From an uncultured Peptoniphilaceae bacterium (lineage in GTDB: Bacteria > Bacillota > Clostridia > Tissierellales > Peptoniphilaceae), in assembly GCA_943912255.1 (NCBI GenBank), contig CALTTP010000001.1:127356-191355 (forward strand): DNA of 64,000 bases, in the 5' to 3' direction. The notes below the pieces were generated by a model that saw only the letters and a program-made list of their open reading frames with translations, was not told the DNA's origin and ran no database searches. A program made the translations under genes and the position numbers. This document shows positions 9,408 to 19,796 of this stretch, piece by piece (positions within the stretch are counted from its first letter, which is position 1; each line of letters opens with the position of its first letter).

Positions 9408-10388
9408 CTACTCCATTATGGGTATTTTTCCACCGATTAATTCTGGATTTAATTCAAGAATGACTTGGAAAAACTTCTCCAAATCTTTTTTGTAGCTGTC
9501 GTCTTCATATTTTAGAAAGTCCAAGTTAGGTATGCTCTTCTTGGCTATGGGAGCCTTTACAATATTCATTTCTTCTATTGTATTAGCATATTTATCCGGA
9601 TCCTTCAAAAGTTCTTCAATTCCTTGGTTATAGTCCTTTAGAAACTCTTGTATAGCTTCTTCTTTTTCCTTGTAAACTTCCTCTTTTGTAACAATTACAG
9701 ATGTAATAATCTTAGGTAATTCCATTTTATCCCAAAGATTTACTATGTCCACAGCTTCTATAAGATTTTCATTTTTTAAAAGAAGGGCTGTTGCAAAAGG
9801 TTGAGGCAATAGGGCAAAAGAATTTTCATCTTTTAATAGTAGAGGTACAGCCTCAGCTGGATCTTGAATAAAGTTAATATTTACATCATCTTCACTTATG
9901 CCGTAACTTTCTAAACCCTTTCTTAGTATTGCTTCAGGAATAGCTCCCTTTCCCGTTAAAGATATAGTGGTACCTTTAAAATCTTCTATGCTATTTATAT
10001 TCTTAGACCCAATCAATGTTAGAGGCATACCAATATTAGGGGAGATGATTTTTAAGTCTCCTTTGCTATTTTGAATCTTTGCGTATAGATTTGATGGAAT
10101 TAAGAAAATATCTGCTTCTGATTTTTGAATGGAAGCCATTTGATCTTCAATACTACCCTTAATTTGAATTTCATAATTGTCCTTTTCTTTCAAAGGTGCT
10201 AGGGAAATTCCTGTAGGACCTTTCATAGATGAAAAGGTTAATTTTTGTAAATCCTTTTCATCATTACTGGTTTCAGATACTTGTGTACTGGTATTTGTTT
10301 CTGTACTATTTTTCTTATTTTCTATATTACTACACCCTGTTAGAATTATTGAGAATAGTAATAGAACTGATAAAATTCTAATTTTCAT
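9408..10388 (-). CDS. ABC transporter substrate-binding lipoprotein (NMT1/THI5-like, sulfonate/HMP-type)
   Basis: Signal peptide with lipobox LTGCSN. Periplasmic-binding-protein-like fold. First gene of the minus-strand SBP-permease-ATPase operon. Confidence 0.75.
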   Translation of the reverse strand: MKIRILSVLLLFSIILTGCSNIENKKNSTETNTSTQVSETSNDEKDLQKLTFSSMKGPTGISLAPLKEKDNYEIQIKGSIEDQMASIQKSEADIFLIPSNLYAKIQNSKGDLKIISPNIGMPLTLIGSKNINSIEDFKGTTISLTGKGAIPEAILRKGLESYGISEDDVNINFIQDPAEAVPLLLKDENSFALLPQPFATALLLKNENLIEAVDIVNLWDKMELPKIITSVIVTKEEVYKEKEEAIQEFLKDYNQGIEELLKDPDKYANTIEEMNIVKAPIAKKSIPNLDFLKYEDDSYKKDLEKFFQVILELNPELIGGKIPIME

Positions 10389-10602
10389 TTAATTCTCCTT
10401 TTTCTTTTATATTATTATCATACCTCAAAGAATAAAATCCTGCATTATTTTTCTTGAAAAAATTTAAATTTCTCATTATTAAAAAAACGGAAAAACTTTT
10501 CCTAAAACAATGATTTTAATTCATTTATGTGTTAAAATATTAGTGGTAAAGGCAGTCTGCTTTTATCACTGAATTAAAGTGCAAAAGAAAGGGAGGACAT
10601 GT

Positions 10603-11097
10603 ATGACTTTTTGTTATGAAAAGGATAAGGGTAAGTTTGATGACTTTGTGAAATTTATTGATGATCATAAAGATCAACCTGGTGCTGTAATGCCAGTCTT
10701 ACAAGAAGCTCAAAAGGTATTTGGATATATTCCAGAACCTATTGTGGACCTTATGGCTTTAAAACTTGGGAAGCCTTCCAGTGAAATATATGGAGTGGCA
10801 ACTTTCTATTCTCAGTTTACTTTCAAGCCAAGGGGAAAACACGAAATCTGCGTTTGCTTGGGAACTGCTTGTTATGTAAAAGGTGCAGATAAACTGTTAA
10901 ATGACTTTTGTGAGGCTTTAGAAGTTAAACCTGGAGAAACTACAGAAGATGGAGAATTTTCCGTTATTGAGACTAGATGTGTAGGTGAATGTGGAATTGC
11001 ACCTGTTGTCACATTAGATGGGGAAAATATTGGAAATGTAAAACCAGATATGGTTCATAAGATAATCTATGATGCCCAAGGAGGAGAAGATGAATAG
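10603..11097 (+). CDS. hydC: [FeFe]-hydrogenase small subunit, NuoE-like [2Fe-2S] (HydC/HndA)
   Basis: Thioredoxin-like 2Fe-2S motif C-x4-C...C-x3-C (CVCLGTACY...CVGECGIAP). ATG 10603 has RBS GGGAGG 6 nt upstream; the track starts at a GTG at 10579. Confidence 0.85.
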   Translation: MTFCYEKDKGKFDDFVKFIDDHKDQPGAVMPVLQEAQKVFGYIPEPIVDLMALKLGKPSSEIYGVATFYSQFTFKPRGKHEICVCLGTACYVKGADKLLNDFCEALEVKPGETTEDGEFSVIETRCVGECGIAPVVTLDGENIGNVKPDMVHKIIYDAQGGEDE

Positions 11098-12667
11098 ACA
11101 GGAATTGTTGAAGATTAAGGAAAGCACTTCTCCTGTTATGATGAATAGATTAAAGGAAGAAGAGTTTGTAATAGATGGAGAAAACATTTGCCCAAAGGGT
11201 AAGTTTTATGAAAGCCAAACTAGATTGGTATTAAGGAATTGTGATGTTATAGACCCAGACTCCATTGAAGAGTATATTGCAAGGGATGGTTATTTTGCAT
11301 TAGAGAAAGTCTTACATAGCCTGGACCCAAAAGAAGTTATAGACATAGTTAAAGACTCTGGTTTAAGGGGAAGAGGAGGAGCAGGATTTCCTACAGGAAT
11401 AAAATGGGAATCTGCTTTTGTACAGGAAAAAGATCAAAAATACGTTATATGTAATGCTGATGAAGGGGACCCAGGTGCCTTTATGGACAGGTCCGTTTTA
11501 GAAAAAGACCCTCATAGCGTACTGGAAGGAATGGCGATTTGTGGTAAGGCAGTAGGTGCATCAAGGGGATTCATCTACGTTAGAGCTGAATATCCTAAGG
11601 CGGTTAAGAGATTGCTCCATGCTATAGAAGAAGCAGAAAAGTACAATCTACTAGGGGACAATATTATGGGAACAGAATTTTCCTTTAAGATCGAACTTCG
11701 TCTTGGAGCGGGAGCCTTTGTATGTGGTGAAGGTACTGCATTGATGGAATCCATTGAAGGTAAGAGAGGTATGCCTAGGAATAAGGAATTTAGAACTACT
11801 ACTAAAGGTCTATGGGGCCAGCCTACAGTTATTAATAATGTTGAAACCTTCGCAAATATTCCTCAAATTTTAAATAGAGGTTCAGATTGGTTTAAGTCCA
11901 TAGGTACTGAAAAGTCTGCGGGAACTAAGGTTTTTGCCTTAGTTGGTAAAGTTAATAACTCAGGTTTGGTTGAAGTTCCCATGGGAACCACTATTAGAGA
12001 AATAGTCTATGACATTGGGGATGGTATTCAAAATGGAAAGAAGGCAAAGGCGGTACAAACAGGAGGACCATCAGGCGGTTGTATTCCTACAGATTTATTT
12101 GATACAGGATGCGACTTTGAATCCTTAAAGGCCATTGGATCTATCATGGGATCTGGTGGTATGGTTGTAATGGATGAAGACGACTGTATGGTGGATGTGT
12201 CCCGATTCTTCTTAGAGTTCTCCGTGGATGAATCCTGTGGTAAATGTACGCCATGTAGAATTGGAAACAAGAGACTTTTAGAGATGTTAGATGATATTAC
12301 TCAAGGTAGAGGGACTAAGGAAACAGTGGAAAAACTGGAAGAGCTATCCAATATAGTTGCATCTACCAGTCTATGTGGTTTGGGACAATCTAGCCCTAAC
12401 CCAATTCTATCTACAATAAAATACTTCCCTGATGAATACTATGCCCATGTTGGAGAAGAAAAGACCTGCCCTGCTAAGAAATGTAAGGGTGTACTTAAGT
12501 ACTTTATCACTGATAAATGTATTGGATGTACTAAATGTGCAAGGATATGTCCTGTGGAATGTATTTCAGGAGAAGTTAGGAAAAGACATGTTATCAATCA
12601 AGATGAATGTATTAAATGTGGCCAATGTAAGGATGCTTGTCCTGTTGGTACAATTGTCTTAGATTAG
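11090..12667 (+). CDS. hydB: [FeFe]-hydrogenase flavoprotein subunit, NuoF-like (HydB/HndC), NAD(H)/FMN-binding with Fe-S clusters
   Basis: NuoF-type motifs GRGGAGFPTG and GEGTALMESIEGKRG. C-terminal 2x[4Fe-4S] ferredoxin domain (CIGCTKCARICP, CIKCGQCKDACP). ATG 11090 has RBS GGAGGAG and overlaps the hydC stop. Confidence 0.9.
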   Translation: MNRQELLKIKESTSPVMMNRLKEEEFVIDGENICPKGKFYESQTRLVLRNCDVIDPDSIEEYIARDGYFALEKVLHSLDPKEVIDIVKDSGLRGRGGAGFPTGIKWESAFVQEKDQKYVICNADEGDPGAFMDRSVLEKDPHSVLEGMAICGKAVGASRGFIYVRAEYPKAVKRLLHAIEEAEKYNLLGDNIMGTEFSFKIELRLGAGAFVCGEGTALMESIEGKRGMPRNKEFRTTTKGLWGQPTVINNVETFANIPQILNRGSDWFKSIGTEKSAGTKVFALVGKVNNSGLVEVPMGTTIREIVYDIGDGIQNGKKAKAVQTGGPSGGCIPTDLFDTGCDFESLKAIGSIMGSGGMVVMDEDDCMVDVSRFFLEFSVDESCGKCTPCRIGNKRLLEMLDDITQGRGTKETVEKLEELSNIVASTSLCGLGQSSPNPILSTIKYFPDEYYAHVGEEKTCPAKKCKGVLKYFITDKCIGCTKCARICPVECISGEVRKRHVINQDECIKCGQCKDACPVGTIVLD

Positions 12668-12675
12668 GAGGAGAA

Positions 12676-14409
12676 ATGGTAAATATTACGATAAACGGTG
12701 TGGATATGTCCGTTGAAAAAAACACCACTATATTAGAAGCTGCTAATAAAATAGGAATAAAAATACCTACTCTTTGCCATTTGAATCTTCATGATATAAA
12801 ATATGTAAACAAATTGGCTAGTTGTAGAGTTTGTATGGTAGAGGATTTAAATAAGGGGAAATTACTTCCTGCTTGTGCTACACCAGTAAAGGAAGGTATG
12901 AATATAAATACGGATAGTGTTAAGGCAGTTAAAGCGAGAAGAGCCATTGTGGAACTACTATTATCTGACCATCCAAATAGCTGTTTAACCTGTGCAAAGA
13001 ACTTGGATTGTCAACTTCAAGCTTTAGCACAAGACTTAAATGTTAGAGAGATTCCCTATAAAGGGGAGAAAAGAGAATTACCAATTGATGCCAATTCACT
13101 ATCTTTAGTTAGAGATCCCAATAAATGTATACTTTGTAGAAGATGTGAAACCATGTGTAACGAGGTTCAAACTGTAGGAGCTTTAGCAGAAGTAGGTAGA
13201 GGTTTTAATACCTATGTGGGAAGTACCTTTGAAAGGTCCATGTATGAAACCACATGTACCTTCTGTGGACAATGTCTGTCAGTATGTCCAACAGGTGCCC
13301 TTACGGAAGTTTCCAATGTTGACAAGGTTTGGGATTTACTTCATTCAGACAAGACTGTAGTAGTTCAAACGGCACCGGCAGTAAGGGTTGCCCTAGGGGA
13401 GGCCTTTGGTCTGGAACCAGGAACTGTAGTGACAGGTAAAATGGTCAATGCCCTTAGAAGGCTGGGTTTTGAAAAGGTATTTGATACCAACTTTGCAGCG
13501 GACTTAACTATAATGGAAGAGTCCAATGAATTTATGGAAAGACTTAAAGGAAATGGAAAGTTGCCAATTCTTACTTCATGTTGTCCAGGCTGGGTAAACT
13601 TTATGGAACAACAGTTCTCAGATATGATTGACATTCCAAGTACTTGTAAGAGTCCTCATGAGATGTTTGGTGCAGTGGCAAAGTCCTATCTATGTGAAAA
13701 GATGGGAATAAAACCAGAAGACATGGTAGTGGTTTCAGTGATGCCTTGTGTAGCAAAGAAGTTTGAAGCGGCAAGACCAGAACTGGAAAGTGACGGTATT
13801 TCCGATGTGGATATTGTAATAACCACAAGAGAATTGGCTTCAATGATAAAAGAAGCTGGAATTAACTTTTTGGAGCTTGAAGACCAGGACTTTGACGACC
13901 CATTGGGAGAATCTACTGGTGCTGGAGCGATTTTTGGAGCGACTGGTGGAGTAATTGAAGCAACAGTAAGAACAGCCTATGAAAAACTAACGGGAGAAGA
14001 GCTGGGAGAACTTGAATTTACTGCCCTTAGAGGATTAAATGGTATTAAAGCCACAGAAGTCGACATAGACGGTAGAAAAGTTAGAATTGCAGTGGCCAAT
14101 GGCCTGGGAAATACCAGAAAGTTATTGGAAAAAGTAAATAGTGGAGAAGAAAACTTTGATGCGATTGAAGTAATGGCATGTCCAGGAGGCTGTATTGGCG
14201 GAGGAGGTCAACCATATCATCATGGAGACCTTTCAATCCTTAGAAGAAGAGCTGAAGGCATATATTCTATAGATAAAAATAAAGAAAGAAGAAAATCCCA
14301 TGAAAATAAAAAAGTTCAACAACTTTACGATGAGTTCTTAGGAGGAGTAGCAAGTCCACTTGCCCATGAACTGCTTCATACATCCTATGAGAAAAAACCT
14401 AAATTATAA
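12676..14409 (+). CDS. hydA: [FeFe] hydrogenase catalytic subunit HydA (group A3, electron-bifurcating type)
   Basis: N-terminal 2Fe-2S and 4Fe-4S ferredoxin domains. H-cluster motifs L1 TSCCPGW, L2 MPCVAKKFE and L3 EVMACPGGCIGGGGQP. ATG 12676 has RBS GGAGGAG. Confidence 0.9.
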   Translation: MVNITINGVDMSVEKNTTILEAANKIGIKIPTLCHLNLHDIKYVNKLASCRVCMVEDLNKGKLLPACATPVKEGMNINTDSVKAVKARRAIVELLLSDHPNSCLTCAKNLDCQLQALAQDLNVREIPYKGEKRELPIDANSLSLVRDPNKCILCRRCETMCNEVQTVGALAEVGRGFNTYVGSTFERSMYETTCTFCGQCLSVCPTGALTEVSNVDKVWDLLHSDKTVVVQTAPAVRVALGEAFGLEPGTVVTGKMVNALRRLGFEKVFDTNFAADLTIMEESNEFMERLKGNGKLPILTSCCPGWVNFMEQQFSDMIDIPSTCKSPHEMFGAVAKSYLCEKMGIKPEDMVVVSVMPCVAKKFEAARPELESDGISDVDIVITTRELASMIKEAGINFLELEDQDFDDPLGESTGAGAIFGATGGVIEATVRTAYEKLTGEELGELEFTALRGLNGIKATEVDIDGRKVRIAVANGLGNTRKLLEKVNSGEENFDAIEVMACPGGCIGGGGQPYHHGDLSILRRRAEGIYSIDKNKERRKSHENKKVQQLYDEFLGGVASPLAHELLHTSYEKKPKL

Positions 14410-14420
14410 AATTTGACAAG

Positions 14421-14470
14421 ATAGTGTTACAGCAGGATTCAATTCCTTCTGTAACACTATTTTTTATTTT
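14421..14470 (+). terminator. Rho-independent terminator of hydCBA
   Basis: atagtgttacag...ctgtaacactat perfect 12-bp stem followed by TTTTTTATTTTT. Confidence 0.8.
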
Positions 14471-14715
14471 TGGATAGAATATCAAATATGACATAAAAAC
14501 GGCTTTCCTTAAAAAATAGAGAAAGCCGCACTAAATTGGTGTTTAGATATTATCCTTTAACTATGGTCCTTAAATTATCTTTCGGATTAAGTCTGTTATC
14601 AACTACGGATTTAATGTGTTTCTTGTAAATCTTTTCTGAAAGTTTAAAAATTGCCTTTAAAATGGTATAATTTGAATGTTACGTATCATATTACTATTTA
14701 GATTGGAGTTTTTAT

Positions 14716-15489
14716 ATGAAGAAGTTATGGGGTAAGATTATCCTTGCCTTAGCTGATGGACTAGATTTTTTAATAGGTGGACTTATAAAGGTAATGGAAG
14801 CTGTTGTAGATGTAATTTCCGGACTAGGAAGGTATATTTTAGCTATTTTTGGAATACTTGCATGTTCTGGTTTTGTGTTTTTGTTACCACTTTTGCTAAT
14901 ATATCTACCTATAATTTTAATACTGGTATTTTTCTTTATTGTAGTTCCGCTGTTAGGCAAAAAATTTATTAGTTATTTGGAATATGTGCATTATTCTGCT
15001 GTGGAATATTTGAGAAACTATGCGGATTATTTAATCAATAATACTGGAAACTACAAGTCCTATAAGGATTTTAAAGAAAGCTATAGACAGAAGAAGGAAG
15101 CGGAGGAAAGGGCAAGACAGGAGAAACAAAGGGCCCAAAATGAGTTTTGGGAGGAAATCTTTAGAAACTTCGGTCAAGGTTATTATAGATATGACAATAC
15201 TACTGGAAATTATAGAACCAATACCGGTGGGTATAGTAATCAAAGGCAAGCCTATCAAAATCCACTGGAAGATTTTAATAAAAAGTATCGAGAGAGTTGT
15301 CAAATTCTTGAAGTTCCAGAAAAGACCAATGTCTATGAGGTTAAAACTGCTTATAGAAAGCTAGCAAAGAAATATCATCCTGATTTAAATGATAGTCCAG
15401 AAGCAACAGAGATGTTTCAAAAGGTTAATGCGGCTTATGAATTTTTAACAGAAGAGAATATTACAAGATATAATAATTACAATAAGTAA
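14716..15489 (+). CDS. DjlA-like membrane protein with C-terminal J domain (DnaJ-domain co-chaperone)
   Basis: N-terminal TM helices, a Y/N/G-rich low-complexity linker, and a C-terminal J domain with the HPD motif (AYRKLAKKYHPDLN). Confidence 0.6.
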   Translation: MKKLWGKIILALADGLDFLIGGLIKVMEAVVDVISGLGRYILAIFGILACSGFVFLLPLLLIYLPIILILVFFFIVVPLLGKKFISYLEYVHYSAVEYLRNYADYLINNTGNYKSYKDFKESYRQKKEAEERARQEKQRAQNEFWEEIFRNFGQGYYRYDNTTGNYRTNTGGYSNQRQAYQNPLEDFNKKYRESCQILEVPEKTNVYEVKTAYRKLAKKYHPDLNDSPEATEMFQKVNAAYEFLTEENITRYNNYNK

Positions 15490-15494
15490 TAAAG

Positions 15495-15527
15495 GCCCTT
15501 GATTCCATGTGAATTGAGGGTTTTTTA
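15495..15527 (+). terminator. Rho-independent terminator
   Basis: cccttgattc...gaattgaggg stem with G-U pairs, followed by TTTTTT. Confidence 0.55.
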
Positions 15528-15781
15528 GATGGGAATTGTTACGTTTATGTAATAAAGAAATAAAAATAGATACTGAAAAATTTAGGAATATTTAAGAAAC
15601 ATTGATTTAACGCTGTTTAGAATGATGTATTATTTTGTTACTATGTATAAAAATCTGATTTATCCAATAAAAAAATATTAAGAAAAAGTAATATTCTCTA
15701 AATTTATCTATAAAGAAAACGATTTGAATATGACATAACAGACTTAAGGGTATATTATGAAGAATGGGGGGAGGTTAATAG

Positions 15782-16114
15782 ATGGATGACTTTATAGAAA
15801 GAATTGTGAAGCTAGATGAATCAACTTCATCTCTAGATCAGAAGTATAAGGTCAAAGAGGCGGATCTTCAAAAGTTATACAAAAAGAAGAAAGCTGATTT
15901 TGAACTTGAACTAGAGAATAGATTAAAAAGTCAGATTGATGACTTTGAGTCTCAAGCTAATTTAGAATACAAGTCGAAGAAAAAAGAGATTAAGGATGTT
16001 TTAAATAAAAAACTAAATCTTATTATGGACAGGTATCGACTTGAGAAACCAGGAATTATCTACTATATTACTAAGTCAGTTTTAGAAAGGGATAATAAAG
16101 ATGGCAGGAGCTAA
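15782..16114 (+). CDS. V/A-type ATPase peripheral-stalk small subunit (G/H-like), coiled coil
   Basis: 110-aa charged helical protein at the head of the V-ATPase operon. Overlaps the start of subunit C. Confidence 0.45.
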   Translation: MDDFIERIVKLDESTSSLDQKYKVKEADLQKLYKKKKADFELELENRLKSQIDDFESQANLEYKSKKKEIKDVLNKKLNLIMDRYRLEKPGIIYYITKSVLERDNKDGRS

Positions 16115-17123
16115 GGATTTCTCTGCTGTTAATACTAAAATATCTGGGTTAAGTAAAAATTTATTAACTTATAAGGACTACCAATCAATTTTAAATATGT
16201 CTCCAAGAGAGATATTGGATTTATTAAAGAAAAAAGAATTTATCGAATCAACAGATTTTCAAGAATTGGATTACTTATCCGTTCATCTAAAGAGAGTTTT
16301 AATTCAAAAAATGAGAGCCATGGGCTATTTCTTAGGAAATAGGTACAAGACCCTAATGGATTTGATTATCGACAGATATGAAATAGATGATGTTAAAAAA
16401 GCGATTAGGAATATTTTTAATAGAAATATGGATATTTCTGAAGAAAGCTTTGTTATTAGGACCGATTTCTTTAAAAAGGTCATTGAAAAAACAAGCATTA
16501 TTGATTTCATTGATTCCCTTAGTGAGGAAAGTTACTACAGTTATCTTAGAAATTATAAAGAGATAGAAGATGAAAAACTACTATTTTATCTGGAAATGTC
16601 ACTAGATAGATTTCATTATTCTGATATCTTTAAATTCTGTGAAAAATTAGATAAAAAAAGTAGTCAAAAGGCAAAGTCCCTTTTTGGAACTATTATTGAC
16701 TTGAAGAATCTTGTTTGGATTTATAGAGCTAAGAAATTTTATCAAGTTGATGACATGCTAATTTACAATTACAGTATTTTTAGAGGGCTAAAATTTGGTC
16801 CAGAGGAACTTTTGAAATTGTCTAGAATGGATCTAGATTCTTTTGTGGACTCCATTTTTAAGATGGACTATGGTTTCTTATTTGGGGAAGACAAAAGTTC
16901 AGATCTTTATATGAGCTTGGAGATCGATAGGTTTCTATATGATAGATTTGACGACTATTTAAAATCAAATGGATTTCACATAGGTAAGGTTTTAGGTTAT
17001 ATATTGGTTTATGAATTCCAAATTAAAGATATTATGGTAATAATGCAGGGAAAGGAATTAAATATGGAAGAAGAGAGTTTAGAGGACTATTTAATAGGTT
17101 ATGGGGAGAGGAGGTTCATATGA
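16101..17123 (+). CDS. ntpC: V-type ATP synthase subunit C (V0 d-like)
   Basis: 340 aa helical protein, with size and position typical of subunit C. Overlaps neighbouring genes (operon). Confidence 0.65.
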   Translation: MAGAKDFSAVNTKISGLSKNLLTYKDYQSILNMSPREILDLLKKKEFIESTDFQELDYLSVHLKRVLIQKMRAMGYFLGNRYKTLMDLIIDRYEIDDVKKAIRNIFNRNMDISEESFVIRTDFFKKVIEKTSIIDFIDSLSEESYYSYLRNYKEIEDEKLLFYLEMSLDRFHYSDIFKFCEKLDKKSSQKAKSLFGTIIDLKNLVWIYRAKKFYQVDDMLIYNYSIFRGLKFGPEELLKLSRMDLDSFVDSIFKMDYGFLFGEDKSSDLYMSLEIDRFLYDRFDDYLKSNGFHIGKVLGYILVYEFQIKDIMVIMQGKELNMEEESLEDYLIGYGERRFI

Positions 17124-19045
17124 AATCTCAAAGAATGTACATGATGAATTTAATTGGACAAGTGGCAGATTTAGAAAATATCCTTAGGGATATTGTAGAT
17201 TCTGGTACGACGGAGATTGTGGATGCCAATGAGTTAATCGACAATAGCCAGTTTATGTTTCCCATTAGCAGTGAAAATATAAGTATGGCCATTGACTTTA
17301 ATTATATAAAAAAATATCAATCGGATTTTAGTATTAGTGAAGAAAAAAAGAGATTAGATGAAATTTCTCAAGCTTTAAAAATTGATTTTAATAAGAAGAA
17401 ATTTTTAAATATGTCAGGAAAATCTATATCCGAGGAAGAATTTGAGGAGCTGGAAAATTCTGTTAAAAATCTAAAGTTTCTTGAGTCTAAATTAGAGGAA
17501 AATAAAGATGAAACTGACATTTTCAATATGTTTGAGAATATAAATATTCCCATGTCAAAGCTGATGGATTTGGAAAACTTCAATTTTAAATTTGGAGTAC
17601 TATCAAAAGAGGATAGGTTAAAGATTAAGAAGAATTATGAAAATATCTTTGCGGCTATTTTCCATATGGGAACTTTAACGGAAGGTGAAGTTTACTTTAT
17701 CATCTACCCAAGAAGTATGGAAGTGGATATTAGCAGGGTTTTACGTTCTCTTAATTTTAATGAAATGAAAATTCCAGAAGGTTTTAAAAGAAAGCCCTCA
17801 GAGATTCTTGAAAGACTAAAGGGTGAATATATAGATTTAAAATCTAAAAAGGATAGGGAGATTTCCTATATTGAAGATTTTAAGTCCAAGAATTTAAAGG
17901 GTTTGGTCCAAGCTCTAAAGGATAAGTACAATAATTTAAATTTGGAAGATACTAAGGGACATCTATCTGTATCGGATAGGTTTTTTTATTTGGCAGGTTG
18001 GATATCTAAAGGCGATAGTAAGTGGCTTTATGATAATCTAAAGCAAAAATACAATGTGGATATTACATTCCATGAGGCTGGTGATTACAATATTAAGCCA
18101 CCAACTAAGTTGAAAAATAATAGAGTCTTTAAACCCTTTGAGCTTTTGGTAAAAATGTATGGCACACCTAATTATGAAGAGGTGGATCCAACACCATTTT
18201 TTGCTATTACCTATATGATCCTTTTTGGCTCCATGTTTGGGGATATTGGACAGGGTTTAGTCTTCGCAGTATCTGGATTACTAGTAAGCAAATTCTTTAA
18301 TAAGGACTTTGGTGGTCTTGTGACTAGACTTGGAATAAGTTCTACTATTTTTGGGTTTTTATATGGTTCTGTCTTTGGAATGGAGGATATTGTAGAACCT
18401 ATATTGTTCAGTCCCTATGAAAATATCAATAGAATTTTGATAATGGCCATAGTTTTAGGAATAATTCTTTTGATTATGAGCTATACCCTTGGGGCGATTA
18501 ACTATATTAAAAGGGAAAATTATGAGGAACTTTATTTTGGAGAAAAGGGAATAGCTGGATTTTTACTATATTTATCCATTCTTGGAGTAGTTTCGTATAA
18601 TGTTCTAGATTTTAAATTGATACCTTCCTTCTTATATATAGTGGTAGCTGTTTTATCTATTGTGGCCATGATATTTAAGAAGGTGCTATATCAAAAGTTT
18701 ATATTGAAGGATACGGTAGGCCTTCCCAATGGATATTTTATCGAGTCCAGCTTTTCAATAATTGAAACGATTATTTCAATTTTCTCTGGGACCATATCCT
18801 TTATAAGAGTAGGGGCCTTTGCCATTAACCACGTGGGGCTATTTTTGGCTTTCTCCACCATTGGAAAGATGATAGGAACTCAAGCGGGTTCTATTATTAT
18901 GACTGTAATTGGAAATATAGTAATATTGGGATTAGAAGGACTTATAGTATTCATTCAATCTTTAAGACTGGAATACTATGAAATGTTTAGTAAGTATTAT
19001 ATAGGGGATGGAAGAGAGTTCGTCCCAGATGAAAATTTATTTTAG
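17120..19045 (+). CDS. ntpI: V-type ATP synthase subunit I (membrane a-subunit)
   Basis: 641 aa: hydrophilic N-terminal half plus C-terminal multi-TM half, with the conserved Arg-containing helix region (RLEYYE). Confidence 0.85.
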   Translation: MKSQRMYMMNLIGQVADLENILRDIVDSGTTEIVDANELIDNSQFMFPISSENISMAIDFNYIKKYQSDFSISEEKKRLDEISQALKIDFNKKKFLNMSGKSISEEEFEELENSVKNLKFLESKLEENKDETDIFNMFENINIPMSKLMDLENFNFKFGVLSKEDRLKIKKNYENIFAAIFHMGTLTEGEVYFIIYPRSMEVDISRVLRSLNFNEMKIPEGFKRKPSEILERLKGEYIDLKSKKDREISYIEDFKSKNLKGLVQALKDKYNNLNLEDTKGHLSVSDRFFYLAGWISKGDSKWLYDNLKQKYNVDITFHEAGDYNIKPPTKLKNNRVFKPFELLVKMYGTPNYEEVDPTPFFAITYMILFGSMFGDIGQGLVFAVSGLLVSKFFNKDFGGLVTRLGISSTIFGFLYGSVFGMEDIVEPILFSPYENINRILIMAIVLGIILLIMSYTLGAINYIKRENYEELYFGEKGIAGFLLYLSILGVVSYNVLDFKLIPSFLYIVVAVLSIVAMIFKKVLYQKFILKDTVGLPNGYFIESSFSIIETIISIFSGTISFIRVGAFAINHVGLFLAFSTIGKMIGTQAGSIIMTVIGNIVILGLEGLIVFIQSLRLEYYEMFSKYYIGDGREFVPDENLF

Positions 19046-19054
19046 GAGGAAATT

Positions 19055-19477
19055 ATGCATTTAATTTTAACTTTATCAATTGTAGTGGTTTTGACCACAA
19101 TAGGTTCGGGTGTCTATCTATTGAAGAACAACAGAGACAAGTCAAAAAATAAAATTAGAAAGGCCCTAGGGGTAAATCTTTTGAGTTTTATTCCCCTTAT
19201 AATCATGGCTATGGTGATTATATCTCCAAATTCAAGTTTTGCCGCTACAGATTCAGGAGCTGCAGCTAATGGAATGGGAATGCTAGCAGCTGCTCTTTCT
19301 ACTGGTTTTGCCACAATTGGTACAGGATATGCCGTTGGTGTTGTAGGTTCTGCAGCTTTAGGAGCTGTTTCTGAGGATGATTCTCTTTTAGGTAAGACTT
19401 TGATTTATGTAGGACTTGCAGAGGGTATTGCAATTTATGGTCTTGTAATCTCAATCATGATATTGGGAAGATTATAA
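19055..19477 (+). CDS. ntpK: V-type ATP synthase subunit K (proteolipid c) with unusual N-terminal extension
   Basis: C-terminal hairpin GMLAAALSTGFATIGTGYAVG...LAEGIAIYGLV with the conserved ion-binding Glu. Strong RBS GGAGG. The N-terminal 60 aa add two hydrophobic segments and an AxA-like site (SFAAT). Confidence 0.8.
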   Translation: MHLILTLSIVVVLTTIGSGVYLLKNNRDKSKNKIRKALGVNLLSFIPLIIMAMVIISPNSSFAATDSGAAANGMGMLAAALSTGFATIGTGYAVGVVGSAALGAVSEDDSLLGKTLIYVGLAEGIAIYGLVISIMILGRL

Positions 19478-19788
19478 TGCACTCATATCTAATATCCAAT
19501 GATGAAAGTATAGTCCAAGGTTTAAAACTAGCAGGAATTAGAGGAACCTTTAGTAAAGATAAGGAAGAGTTAAGAAATATTTTTAAAGAAAATTTAAGAG
19601 ATGAAAAGATTGGAACCTTGATTTTGACTGAGGAGGTTTCAGAAATTGTTTCAGACCTACTTATCCAGCATAGAAAAAAGAGGAAATCTAAGCCTTTAAT
19701 AGTTGTAATACCGGGACAGGGTGGCCTAAAGGATCCAGATTTTATCTTAAAGTCTGTAAAGGAATCCCTAGGTGTAAAGATTGATTAG
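19477..19788 (+). CDS. V-type ATP synthase subunit F
   Basis: 103 aa. The pattern LISNDESIVQGLKLAGI...LILTEE...IVVIPG is typical of V1 subunit F. Confidence 0.7.
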   Translation: MHSYLISNDESIVQGLKLAGIRGTFSKDKEELRNIFKENLRDEKIGTLILTEEVSEIVSDLLIQHRKKRKSKPLIVVIPGQGGLKDPDFILKSVKESLGVKID

Positions 19789-19796
19789 GTGATAGT

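Noticed and set aside
10389-10600. Possible TPP (THI-box) riboswitch ahead of the NMT1/THI5-like SBP operon.
   Set aside because: Neither strand of the intergenic region contains the conserved CUGAGA or ACCUGAUCUGGAUAAUGCCAGCG THI-element cores.
10579-10602. Upstream GTG start proposed by the ORF track for the hydrogenase NuoE-like subunit.
   Set aside because: ATG 10603 has a canonical GGGAGG RBS at the proper spacing, and the GTG does not. Equivalent re-assignments were made for hydB (11090), hydA (12676), nrdD (1461), oppA3 (36215), the antiporter (49105), galT (42241), DUF2207 (44499) and the 1100-aa ORF (55130).
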